A DNA stretch of 63,958 nt, filler included, from Octopus bimaculoides (GCF_001194135.2; 7 parts of 6 records of this genome joined end to end with filler, not necessarily neighbours in it); one strand, 5' to 3'. Shown: positions 24,729 through 38,024, counted from the whole stretch's first letter. Program-made: numbers and translations. The notes: generated by a model from the sequence alone, not told the origin.

Positions 24729-25436
24729 AATAGATTTTGCCAATAAAATCACGATTCGTTGTTACTTATAAAAGCAAAAATATTGCTCGCTCTGTAGGTG
24801 GGGTTAAATTATAAAATACAGAACTCGGCCAAAGGGATTTTACCCGAATCCCCGGCTAAAAATATTACATAATTAATTTTAGGTTGGCGACTGGTAGAAA
24901 TTGTAGAGTGGATGATTGCCTGGTGGTGTTTAGTACAATATCAAGTATAATAATTACAACTTGGTTTGCTGTGAGGAAGAGAGAAGCCTAACATTTCGTG
25001 CATTGCCTCTTCATCAGAGAAATTTGATTATGTCAACATTTCATGTGATATCATCATATAAACGGACATTGAGTAATATACAAAGATCGAACTCGTACGA
25101 AATATCCTGAGCGAATTATTTATTATATAAGCAGCAAAGCCAGCCAACCAGCTAGCCAGCAAGCAAGATAGCCGGCCTGTATATGATATACAATGAATAG
25201 AACCGTGTGAAATAATGAAGCAATGCCTGTAATATGAAGTCACAAAAGCTGTTTTTTCTGCTGGAATCGTCTGCTTCACATTACCATACAACACACAGTC
25301 CCGTTCTCAACTGCATAAATCTTCTGTGAAACTTCCAACACCATCGCCATATTGTAACCAATAGCTCCACTAACGTCTGTCTACGCTTCTTTCTCATCCT
25401 CATCATTATCATCTTTTTATTTTGATTTAAGAAAGG

Positions 25437-25481
<45 letters not shown>

Positions 25482-25656
25482 ATTATTATTATTATTATTA
25501 TTATTGCGCTGGTTGTGCTATTATTAGTGTTGTTGTTGTAAAAGTTGTTTGAAGATAATGACAATTTTTTCAAACTTCACCCCGGGTGGTCTACTTGAAA
25601 CCACACTTTCCATCATTTTTACATATAATACGGGTGCACTTTTTTCCTAGTTGAGC

Positions 25657-25747
<91 letters not shown>

Positions 25748-25849
25748 CGCTCTCCGTTTTCGTCTTCCTTAACTTCTTGTCTTCTTTTCTCCATCGTAGT
25801 CTTTTCTTTATCCTCTTTCGTTAGTACAACAGCAGCAGCAGCAACAAGT

Positions 25850-25881
<32 letters not shown>

Positions 25882-26092
25882 ATAATAATAATAATAATAA
25901 TAATAACAACAACAACAACAACAACAACAACAATAATAATGAGAATTCTGCTGCTGCTGCTGCTGCTGCTGCTACCTTCCTCCCACTCTGATAAAGAATG
26001 GCTGAGTTTCCATTTCAACTTCCCATTGGTTGACATATCTCTGTTTAGTCGAGATTAATTCGTTTATATGCCACCTTCTTCTCCACAAATGA

Positions 26093-26142
<50 letters not shown>

Positions 26143-27269
26143 CATTATTATTATTATTGTTGTTGTTGTTGTTTTGTTAACGGCATTGCAAAGAACCATC
26201 TAGAAATTCTGCCAAACTATTTGGCCATTCTTACTAACTGGCAGTTCTTTTCCACCCAGCCAGCCTACAATGGGTGCGTCAACGTGCTCGTTCGACGTGC
26301 TAGAATTAGCAGTAGAATAGCCCTCAAATTGCATAGACGTGTGTTAAAAACAAAGGACGCATTGGATAATCGAGTTCCATGGAAAGTGTTTCAAGGGGGG
26401 AAAAAACAAGTTGGTCGTGGCTGGAGCGTCTGTAATTGTACGTCTGTCGGATCAGGGCTGATGTGGGACTGAACAACAACAACAACAACACTACACTTTT
26501 ACCACAGAGAAATCCAAAAGTATTGCTGAAGACACGACGACAGAGAAGTCTATGTTATGTGGCAGTTCTTGCTGTTTAATTTCCAGCAGATCATCAAGGA
26601 ACCTCCATCCATGAACATCCTGTCTGTTATTCATACATGCTGAATCCAGAATTACATAATTCACGTGTTCTTCTTTTTATACATGACGGTAAGGTGTTTG
26701 ACTGTTGTTTCTAGCAGGTTGAGCCAAAATTGTTTAAACACTCGCACATTGGTTTGATGTCATCGTTGTTCAAGCACAGATTAATTTTAACCAAATAGAC
26801 ATATAATCAAATGAGTTCCAGTCGTGACCATCTCATCTTGTATTCAAATGTAATTTAGAATTCTTGTCTCTCCCGTTTCAAAGATAGTAGCGTGTAATCT
26901 CGGGAGATTTGGCTGCTATTTCTAACGCAGCTAACGAGCATGTGATGGCCTCGTTGTTGCCTCGTAGCAAAGCTAGTTACCAGTGTCGTTGCAGTCGTTT
27001 TGCCCACCCCCACACCAGTTTCAATCTGATTGATATAAATGTAAACAAGAAAGTATTTGTTGCTTTTTTATTAGAAGCATCGAAATGTGTGGTGTACGAT
27101 ACAACTCAGAAGATGATAATTTTTGGAACGCATGTTTTTATAACGGCGAAGTGTGATTTAAAGGAAACCCAGCTGTTAATTTTTGCAGGTCAAGCCACCA
27201 CGTAGAGGCTTTCTTGATAGCTTGTAGTGAAGTTAGTTATTTTCTTATGCATATTTTCTATCTTCCTTT

Positions 27270-27460
27270 ATTCTTTTATTGGTTTCAGTCATTTGATTGC
27301 GGCCACACTGGAGCACCGCTTTTAGTTGAACAAATCGATCTAAGGACTTTGTAAGCCTAGTACTTATTCTATCGGCCTCTTATGCTGAACCGCTAAGTTA
27401 CGGGGACGTAAACACACCAACACCGGTTGTCAAGCGATGGAGGGTGGACAAACACAGACA
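27270..27460 (-). mobile_element. SINE family B, 3' half
   Basis: Reverse-complement match to 21660-21840. Confidence 0.85.
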
Positions 27461-28055
27461 CACGATCATATACATACATACATACATCTTGCTTCTTCAC
27501 TGCTATACACATCTCTCTCTCCCTCCCTGTCTCTCACGTTTGTTCCACTTCCTCCCTCTACCACCCTCTCTGCTCACATGTGTCTTGTGGTCAATTCTCT
27601 CTTTCTCACTCCAGCCACCATGATGGCGAGACGAACCTGTTTTTTTCCGTCCAGCTTCGTCATATCACTAACGTTCAATATCGGATTCGCGTTTTGCCCT
27701 ACGACTTTTTAATGTTGTTTTCACTGTCCAGTTTTTCCTGTCTTGGTTTGTGTTTGCTACCTTGGAATCCTCTGTTTAGTGGGTTGATCCACTACTCAGG
27801 AAGAAACTATTCTAAGAGTGCGTCCTGCCTTATCTTGGAAACGTCTGGTTTAGAATAGAGGCAGCTGATGAAGGAATAATTTCCAAGTGGCTATTTGTTT
27901 TCCTATGTGTTCGTTCCGTTGTCTGTAGTTCATTTTTCTAACGTCATGTACCCGAATATGCATCTATATACACATGTAGATGTAAGTATGTACATATATG
28001 TATGTATACATGCTTATATATCCTTTGTATTATATATATGTATATATATATATAT

Positions 28056-28155
28056 NNNNNNNNNNNNNNNNNNNNNNNNNNNNNNNNNNNNNNNNNNNNT
28101 TAATTAATTAANNNNNNNNNNNNNNNNNNNNNNNNNNNNNNNNNNNNNNNNNNNN
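28056..28155. other. Artificial scaffold-join spacer
   Basis: 44 N + TTAATTAATTAA (28100-28111) + 44 N. Confidence 0.95.
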
Positions 28156-28197
28156 ATATACATACACACGCATATATATATGTGTGTGTGTGTGTGT

Positions 28198-28378
28198 ATT
28201 GTTCCAACCAACGCTTGATAACGAGCGTTGACTTGTTTATCTCCCGTGAAATTCGTTGGAATAATTAAGAGGCTTAAAAATAAGTATTGGGTCGATTCAT
28301 TCGAATAAAATCCTTTAAAGCGGTGCCACAACACGGCTGTAATTCGAATGAATGAAACAAATAAAAGATAAAAGGTCA
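28198..28378 (+). mobile_element. SINE family B, degenerate 3' half
   Basis: cgcttgataac..gggtcgattcattcga..gcggtgccacaacacggc..gaatgaaacaaataaaag. Confidence 0.65.
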
Positions 28379-30028
28379 AAAATGGTATGCATAAGAAAAT
28401 GGTTTCTAAAATTTGGGGGAATTTACTTGGAAAACATTTTAAACTGAAAATTAATTTTGAAATATTTCTAAATGCATAATTTCGTAAATTAAAAACATAC
28501 TTACTGGATCCTTAAGAAATTTAACATGCGCCTATAAAAGTAAAAAACGTAACTGAATAAATAACTCAAGATGGTCAATGACATAAGTTTAGAAAATTCA
28601 GGAAAGATGTAACAAAGTGATCGACGCATGCAAAATATTCTAAATGAATTGAAATTTAAATAATACATTGAGAAAATGAAGAAATTTTAGTGGCAATTAT
28701 AAGCAACACTGAAGCAAAATGAATATAAAATTTCAAAGAAAAATGGATTTACTTTCCCCAAATTCCAGTTCTCCACCGTAGAAAGAAATGCTAATACTTG
28801 TTAGCCAGGAAGATGGTAATCATCGAATAATTCGGCCCTATTATTTCTTACTAGAATAGCTTAAACAATTCAAGCATGTCGTGATCAAAGGGTCTAGTAG
28901 TTTACCTTTACAAAATGAATTATAAAAGGTTTGGGCCAGTACGATTTCGATAATTGCAGTAAGTGAACCAACAAAACCTTTGACGTTCACTGGATCAGTT
29001 GCTGTTTTACTCGAGAAGATTACACATGAGACAAACAGAATTGCTCTCGTTACACTTCTGTTATTTAGCAAAAATAACAAAAAGTTTCGGGAAAGATTAT
29101 AAATTTTGAATAATTAATGAGAACGAGATTTGCATCAAGAGCACGTCGTTTTTACTTTTTGTCTTTTGTCTAACTCATCGTTTTTACTGTTTATCTTTTG
29201 ATTATGTTTAGTGAATTACGAACATTTATTAAAAGTGAACTAGAAACATGTTGATATAAAATTTCAAAGAAAAATGGATTTAATTTCCCAAAATTCCAGT
29301 TCTCCACCGCAGAAAGAAATGCTAAATTATCATAAGATCTCAGAGTTTCTAGTAAAGCATAACTGCAAAGTGTGACGTTTCGTAACTTTCACCTACGATT
29401 TGAAACACCTTCAAATAAAATTTTTAAAAAGACCTTTGTGAATAATACTTATAAATTTTGTTAGATCACTTTGTCTCGTATCAAAACAATTATCACAATT
29501 AGTATCTCTACGAACAGTTTACACCAAAAGGAATTACCATTCATTAAAGAAAGCTCAAACTTTGTCATATAGTAGGAATTTAATCTAACTCAAAATCTGT
29601 TGGGAGTGAACACAGAACCTAAAGGGGTCAAACTAAATCTTTATTAATACAACGAAATATGTCCGCTGATCTACCGAATCTACCATACACAAATATACAC
29701 ACATACAATCATTCATTTTCTTACTTAAATTTCAGCTGAATATAAAGACATTTATCGTGTAAGTTTTGAAATCTCCAAACCTGCTATTAACAGTAAATAA
29801 CAAAATTAACCACACAGATCTTACCAAGTTTTATACAAACGTATATAATAGAAAGTAATGTTTCCTACATAAATTGTGCATGAAGAAAAAGGAGTAAAAT
29901 GTTCCTTATCTTGTCCATTTATGATTGTGATAAAATGAAACTTCCGAGAGATAACATTCTTAGATAAAATGTAAGAGTAAGTTAATTCTATTGTGTATTA
30001 TGGAGTGACAATAATCTAATTAATTAAT

Positions 30029-30240
30029 AATAATGGTTTCAAATTTCGGCATATGGGCAGGTGTGTTAAGTCGATTACATTAAACTCAGTGTTCAGCTTG
30101 TACTTGCTTTAACCCTAACCCCGAAAAAAGTGAAAGGCAGAGTCAACCTCAACGTGATTTGAACACAGAACTTAAAGGCAGGCGAAATGCCGTTAAGCAT
30201 TTTGCATGCCCTGCAGTCGATTCTGGCATCTCGCCGCTTT
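30029..30240 (-). mobile_element. SINE family A, degenerate
   Basis: aagtcgattacat..gaaaggcagagtcaacctc..atttgaacacagaac..gaaatgccgttaagcatttt. Confidence 0.7.
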
Positions 30241-31599
30241 GTAAAACGTTTTATGAAATATTTTAAAATATTGATACATAATTAAATTCAACCAATTACT
30301 CAAACACTGTCATTAACGATATCTGTAAATACAGTTAAAATATTCAATGTAAACGTCTGCATTATTAATAGATCTATATAGCAAACTTTTGTAGGCAGTA
30401 TACGAAGTATATCTCTGTATAATATCTAATCACTCAAAATTGTGATTATTTAAAAGACTGTTATATGAATTTAAAGGAAAGAGACGCAAAATCGACTTAC
30501 GTCCGAAGCTATTGACATTTGTTTAATTAAATTTTTTGATGCGTTAAGAGCCTCAGATAAATTCTTGGAAAGCTGTAGAGAAAGAAATGGGATATTTTAT
30601 TCAGGTGGATCATAACTTAGCTGTATACAAGCGGAATACTAAACAAAAATGCAACAGAATACGAGTTAAATTCTACTGTTGCTTTTTCACATACATTTGC
30701 CTAACATTGGTTGTACACTGTTGCGTATATGGCGTTGGCTGAAGTCAAGAATATTCTCTAAGGTTTAACCACGCTTTTGTTCACTTCAGTAATGTTATTT
30801 TTCTGGAGAAATAGTCTCAGAAACTAAGAGCTTTATTTAAAACATTATATATACAAGAGAATAATAAATCAAACCAACAAATACCGATACTCTAATAATG
30901 GTTTCAAATTTTGACACAGGAAGATTAAATTTAGGGCTTGTAGGTAAGTCGATTACATCGATACTAGTAATCAACTGGAATTTATTTTGTCAACACTGAA
31001 TGGTTAAAAAAACCATAGTCAACCTTAGCAGAACTTGAGCTCAGATACTTTAATAATACAAACATGGTGCTTCGGATAAATACATACATACACACATGCA
31101 TACATACAGACTCATACATACATATATACATACATACATACACTGTATTATGAAGCCCTTAGATTACATAATCCTGAGAGTACAAATAAATGAATGTATA
31201 GCGATGTGGATGGCATAAGCATAACATTATTTGAAAGAATACTATCGAAATTTCACTGTCAATATTTCCATAATATCAAGCACAACAAGCGAGATCTTGA
31301 AGAGAGAGAAAGAGAGTGAGTGAGAGAGAAATAGCAAAAGGGAGAGAGTAAGAGATAGAGAGAGAAAGAGAATACTGTAAGGAATATAGTTGAAATCAAA
31401 TTTTAATACTCTGAGGAATTGAGTCATACAAGTTCTGAACTATCGTTAGGAGAATTTTGACACATTCTTCATGTAAAATCTACTTTAGTTCTTTTAGCAA
31501 TGATAGCAGAGGGAAGCGTCTACTCACATTCTGTTCCAATGTGTGCCATAAAAGTTCGGTAAGTTTGAGAACCAGTGATTAAAAGAGACAGCACAAGAG

Positions 31600-32200
31600 A
31601 TCCGCGACACTTCTGTGCTCTTCGTACCAGTCTTGAATATGATAAGTCATGTGAATCGGTGCAGTATCCTCTTGGAAGATTGGGCTAAGGTCGGGGAACA
31701 GTATAATAGACATGAACAGCCAGCATATTCAGATAAATTTTGGCGTTTACTCTGCCATGTAGTACAATTAAAGGGCCAAAAGAATCTCGTGAAACGTCTC
31801 CCTAAATCATTACAGAACCCCCTCAATGTGTCATGGTTAGGGCCAAATAATTAAGGTTGGTTGAATGTTTCATTAGGGTTCTGACAGACGTAAAGTGGGA
31901 AAATGGTGAATGTTGATTCAAGAGAGATGCCATTGTTCAATTGAGCTACTGACCAATTCTGATATTCTTGACATCATTCTTCTGCTGATCAATTGCGGTT
32001 TCGTAAATTCAGTCATTCCATGATATCCGGATTTATGAAACTCGTTATGAATGGCTTCGTTTGATACAAGATTCTCAAATTGATGGTTTAGCTCTGCTGT
32101 CACTTTTACTGTAGCAGTTAGATGGTTTTTACGCACAAGTTTCACTGTTTTGCAGTCCCTCTCTATAACACTTGCCTTCCGTCCATGACTAAACATGGCT
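31600..32200 (-). mobile_element. Tc1-family transposase remnant
   Basis: GRKASVIERD..VRKNHLTATVKVTAELNHQFENLVS..EFHKSGYHG..KPQL, then ESTFTIF, GPLIVLHGRVNAKIYLNML and IFQEDTAPIH..IQDWYEEH (second catalytic D motif). Frameshifted. Confidence 0.85.
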
Positions 32201-32427
32201 GATCTGGCTTTACCTTAGATTTGGAATGCATGATTGCATGCACACACTAAACACATACAGACCCATATTCACATGCACACACATATTTATATACATTCGT
32301 ACATAATTATATCCATGCTTATATACAAATATATATATAATGTATATACATACATATACATGGATATATATACATATATACATGCACATATATACACACA
32401 TATATATATATACATACCTATATGTAT

Positions 32428-32526
<99 letters not shown>

Positions 32527-32564
32527 CACACATACGTACGTACGTACGTACATACATACATACG

Positions 32565-33228
32565 GTATTTAAATACGAATGGATGCACCCCAGTAAAGCG
32601 TCGGAGTGCCACGAGGAAGAGAAGGAACCCGCCTGCGTGAAAATAGGGGAGGAAATCTGGGATAAGCCACCGAAGGCGCGCTGTACGTCTTAATGGAGCA
32701 GAGGAACGGTGACTGCGGTCAATTCCAGAAACAACGTCTCCGTGGATGGAATGCTGCGACACGTTTTGGACTTTCATAGGATTGTCGCTTCGTCGGATAA
32801 CGATTGTGGAGAAGAGGAGAACGAGGTGCCTAGCTTGAGAAGATCTCGACGCGCGAGGCTCCCTCCCGGTTGGATGGTGGACTTCGACGTGGAGCAAGGG
32901 GGGATGTGATCTTTAAGATTAGGGTGGCGNNNNNNNNNNNNNNNNNNNNNNNNNNNNNNNNNNNNNNNNNNNNNNNNNNNNNNNNNNNNNNNNGGGTAGC
33001 CGAGAGCGCTGGACGTTTGAGCGCTGGACGTCTGAGCGCTTCGACAAGGCGAGGGACAGCAACTGCTATTTCTGGCGTTCGGGTCGGGCCACGTGGAAGG
33101 GTGCGTTACCACTGGAGAGGTCTGCGTCGACGAAGAGAAGGTAGGTGTCTTACTTCTAATCTCCCGCATACACCACACTATTCTAGACAGGTCCCGCCCA
33201 TTCGACCTTGGCTCTGATTCATATTTCA
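32565..33228 (+). mobile_element. Gypsy-like LTR retrotransposon 3' end: integrase tail, PPT and 3' LTR
   Basis: [67 protein letters not shown]; polypurine AAGGGGGGA then TG at 32905; candidate CA end at 33227-28; 15-bp GAGCGCTGGACGTYT repeats inside. Confidence 0.75.
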
Positions 33229-33347
33229 TAGAGGTCTAAAAATGCAATTACTTTCCGAACATTCTACTATATGTGTATGTGTGTGTTTGTGCATGTGTGT
33301 GTCTGCGTATGCGCGCGCGCGATATGTGTGTTTTTCTTTGTATCTGC

Positions 33348-33550
33348 GTTTGTTCCCAGCACCGCTTGATAACTGGTGCTGGTGTGTTTATGTCCACATG
33401 ACTTAATGGTCCATCAAAAGGAACTGATGGAATAAATGCCAAACTAAAAAGCAGAAAATAAATAGTGGGGGCGATTTATTTGACTAAAAGTTCTTCAAGG
33501 CGTTGCTCCAGCATTGCCACAGTCCGAAGACTGAAACAAGTAAAATATGA
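33348..33550 (+). mobile_element. SINE family B, 3' half
   Basis: accgcttgataactggtgctggtgtgtttatgtcc..caaggcgttgctccagcattgccacagtc..gactgaaacaagtaaaa. Confidence 0.8.
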
Positions 33551-34716
33551 AAGGCATGTGTGTGTGTGCGTGTGTGTGTGAGTGTGCGTGCGTGTGTGTG
33601 TGTGTGTGTGTGTGTGAGTGAGTATGTGTGCGTGTACGTGTTGTTGCACCTCCGTGCATCAATTTCACATTGAATGTCTTGGGCAGCCAAAGTAAATTAA
33701 TAAACGACTTACCCTCCAATGTTCAGANNNNNNNNNNNNNNNNNNNNNNNNNNNNNNNNNNNNNNNNNNNNNNNNNNNNNNNNNNNNNNNNNNNNNNNNN
33801 NNNNNNNNNNNNNNNNNNNNNNNNNNNNNNNNNNNNNNNNNNNNNNNNNNNNNNNNNNNNNNNNNNNNNNNNNNNNNNNNNNNNNNNNNNNNNNNNNNNN
33901 NNNNNNNNNNNNNNNNNNNNNNNNNNNNNNNNNNNNNNNNNNNNNNNNNNNNNNNNNNNNNNNNNNNNNNNNNNNNNNNNNNNNNNNNNNNNNNNNNNNN
34001 NNNNNNNNNNNNNNNNNNNNNNNNNNNNNNNNNNNNNNNNNNNNNNNNNNNNNNNNNNNNNNNNNNNNNNNNNNNNNNNNNNNNNNNNNNNNNNNNNNNN
34101 NNNNNNNNNNNNNNNNNNNNNNNNNNNNNNNNNNNNNNNNNNNNNNNNNNNNNNNNNNNNNNNNNNNNNNNNNNNNNNNNNNNNNNNNNNNNNNNNNNNN
34201 NNNNNNNNNNNNNNNNNNNNNNNNNNNNNNNNNNNNNNNNNNNNNNNNNNNNNNNNNNNNNNNNNNNNNNNNNNNNNNNNNNNNNNNNNNNNNNNNNNNN
34301 NNNNNNNNNNNNNNNNNNNNNNNNNNNNNNNNNNNNNNNNNNNNNNNNNNNNNNNNNNNNNNNNNNNNNNNNNNNNNNNNNNNNNNNNNNNNNNNNNNNN
34401 NNNNNNNNNNNNNNNNNNNNNNNNNNNNNNNNNNNNNNNNNNNNNNNNNNNNNNNNNNNNNNNNNNNNNNNNNNNNNNNNNNNNNNNNNNNNNNNNNNNN
34501 NNNNNNNNNNNNNNNNNNNNNNNNNNNNNNNNNNNNNNNNNNNNNNNNNNNNNNNNNNNNNNNNNNNNNNNNNNNNNNNNNNNNNNNNNNNNNNNNNNNN
34601 NNNNNNNNNNNNNNNNNNNNNNNNNNNNNNNNNNNNNNNNNNNNNNNNNNNNNNNNNNNNNNNNNNNNNNNNNNNNNNNNNNNNNNNNNNNNNNNNNNNN
34701 NNNNNNNNNNNNNNNN

Positions 34717-34782
<66 letters not shown>

Positions 34783-35042
34783 AACAGATACACATATACA
34801 TGTGTGTGTATGTATTGCGTATGTATGTATACGACATATCCCCGTGAACTGTGAAGGTTTTAATTAGCCAAAGTTACGAGAGTAGACATTTTCCCAAAAT
34901 GTCACATTTTGAGATCTATAGAGACACCTTGCCGTTGCGAATTTATACCAATACATGTTTTTGTTTGTGATTAAATACATCCAAACATACATTCACACAC
35001 ACGCGAACCACACACATGTATGTGATGTGATGTGATGTGATG

Positions 35043-35160
<118 letters not shown>

Positions 35161-35302
35161 ATTTTAGGATCTATAGAGAAATCTTGCCGTTGTGAAATTT
35201 ATACCCATATATGTGTTTGTGTGTGATTACATACACCCATACACGCATTCACACAGACACACACACACTCACACACAAACACACACGCACACACAAACAC
35301 AC

Positions 35303-35350
<48 letters not shown>

Positions 35351-35569
35351 AAACATGTATCAGGTCATTAAGAATGGAATGTCCGATTTTCTTATGCACC
35401 AAGTTTGACAGTCGTTAACTCTAATGTTTTATCCTGACAATTCTTTGTTTTACAACATTGAAGAATTACATCATTCCTTTTCGAAATACAATTCATGGTG
35501 TCTGATTATATTTTAGGCTTTCACTTGCAAATATTTTTTTGTGAACCGATGGATAGATCATGAATTCTA

Positions 35570-36518
35570 TCGTGGAACCAATGCATCCCAGACAGCTTGA
35601 AACATCAATGTGGTGTTTGGTGAAGATGTGGCGAATTAGAGCACTGTACGATGATGGTTTGTGAAGTTTCGGGATTGGTGATTTTACTCTTGAAAATCAA
35701 CCCTGTGGTAGACCTGAGACCAAGCCTTCCATTGAACACACTGTTGACCCAAGGCTTAACAACGTTATTCAGAACCTCAATATACGCAGCAGCATTCACC
35801 TTAGGACCTTGTGGGAAAAGTGAGGAGGCACCGCATGTTCTTCATTGCTAGCAACACCCAAAACTATGACACTTTCAGGAAATTTTGTGTGCATTACTCT
35901 TGGAACCTTAGAAAGGTCTGCACATAGCCATCTGTCATTTCTTCTGTTAGTTTACTGGTCCTCGTCAAAGTTTTTCTCATCTGAGAAAAACTAAATCAAA
36001 CCATCTTCTGATGGATTTTTAAGTTTATTCAAAAGTCTTTTGGATCTGATTAAACGGTTTTCTTTTGTTTTTACTGACATGAATTGACCTTTCCTCATCA
36101 CGAAAGATGTCTTCATGCAAGACATTTCTGATTGTTTTTTTTTTCTGATGCACAAAATTTTTTGCAATCGACCTCATTAATTTTCCTGGATTGTCTTCAA
36201 TGTTTTACTTAACTTCCTGAATAAATTCAGGTGTCCTGATAGAATCAGCGCGTTTGGAATGTTTTTACGTTTTAATACAGGTCATACGCTTCTTTATCTA
36301 ACTCACACCAAATCTTTTGGACAAAAGATCTTGCAATTTTCAGAAAACGAGAAATATCTAAATCACCATGTTTAGCCTTCAAAGCCACAATCACAGCAAT
36401 CCTTTCATTTCATTAGTAAACAGAGGGTCTGTCATTGTTATTTTCTGAAATAGATGTTCTATAAAAATTAGTCAAAATAATTACAAAATGCATGTCCTCA
36501 AACATCGTCCGCACCCTG
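35570..36518 (-). mobile_element. Tc1/mariner-superfamily transposon remnant (maT/DD37D-like)
   Basis: RIAVIVALKAKHGDLDISRFLKIARSFV..IRTPEFIQEV..MRKGQFMS..FFSDEKNF..NRRNDRWLC..HTKFP..VNAAAYIEVLNNVVKPWV. One TIR end, TA|CAGGGTG, at 36518-36520; the other end was not found. The subfamily call is inference. Confidence 0.85.
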
Positions 36519-36657
36519 TAAGCATATATATATNNNNNNNNNNNNNNNNNNNNNNNNNNNNNNNNNNNNNNNNNNNNNNNNNNNNNNNNNNNNNNNNNNN
36601 NNNNNNNNNNNNNNNNNNNNNNNNNNNNNNNNNNNNNNNNNNNNNNNNNNNNNNNNN

Positions 36658-36704
<47 letters not shown>

Positions 36705-37978
36705 TCATAAGTAATTCTTGTTACAACAATCAACGCAAACAGTAATGGAACCAGTTTCTAGAAAGAGTTATGTTTTCATGAAATGATTACTAGAAGCTCC
36801 TTAATGTGAGAGAGAGTATAAAAGAAGCATTAAAAAAGTTTATTTCCATATAATTTGTAATCACACAAGATTATGTTTCATTGAAAGAATGATATACAAA
36901 ATTAAGGAAGAGAAACTGAAAAACGACCAACCTTTAAAATGTCAGATTTAGGATGATCTTTTGGCTTCTTAACATTCTCCTTAGTCTTTGAATCCTGGTG
37001 AGAAAGAAATCGGCTTTTGTTTTGAGATGGATCATAACTGAGGTTATTGACAAGCGGAACAGTACGTACAATCGCTAAAGAATATGAATTAGATTATAGT
37101 TACTCTTTAACAAATAGTCGATTAACACTGGTAGCATGCTGCTACGGACGTGGCATTGGATAAAGGTCGAGAATATTCGCTAAGTAAACACGACTTAACT
37201 CACTTCAATATTCTAATTTACTGGGGAAAGTGAACTCACAAAAAAATGAATTTCTTGGGATCTGTTGCCGCTCATTTTATCGTTAAACATCTCACTATTC
37301 TATGGCAGATTATAAATTTTGAACATAGGAATGAGCACAGGATATGATTCTAGAGTTCGCAGTTTTTCACTTTCGTACTTCTAACTGACACAGGACTATA
37401 TAGACATATAGCAACATTTTTTAGGCAATGAAAATATGATAAACACGACAAACCATATAAATTAACAATCTTCTAATAACCTCAAATGATGGCAAAAGAG
37501 AAAATAGATAAATAATCTTGGAAAATTCCTATTTTTAAATCTCACAACGAGAGAAATAGATAATCATTAGTAATTCTTCTTAAAACAACAAAACAAACGG
37601 ATGTGAGCGAAGGAGCCAAATAATTGCAGGAGTTTCCTTAGCTCTACTAGACTACATTTGTTCTAAAGTATCATTTCCATCCAATGAGATGGCTACTAAC
37701 AGCTTATTAATATGAGAGAATATCAAAGGCGTATCAGAAAACGTGTATATTTCTATATAATTTGTATTCACTAAAAATTATGATTCATTAAAACAATGAT
37801 ATACGAAATTAAAGGAGTGAAATTAAAAGAAACTTATATTCAAAAGATCAGATTTAGAACGTTCTGTTAACTTCTTCACATTCTCCATAGACTCTGAATC
37901 CTGTTGAGGAAAAAATTGGCATTTCTTTAACTATTTACCTCCGATTCAAATGCTAAATATGAATATCAGCGGTAAATA

Positions 37979-38024
<46 letters not shown>

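Noticed and set aside
28841-29080. 79-aa minus-strand ORF / 152-nt exon
   Set aside because: No recognisable domain and it overlaps the plus-strand micro-exon candidate; noted only as context.
30108-30122. Telomere-like TTAACCCTAACCC
   Set aside because: Only about two units, inside a decayed SINE; likewise the single unit at about 60331.
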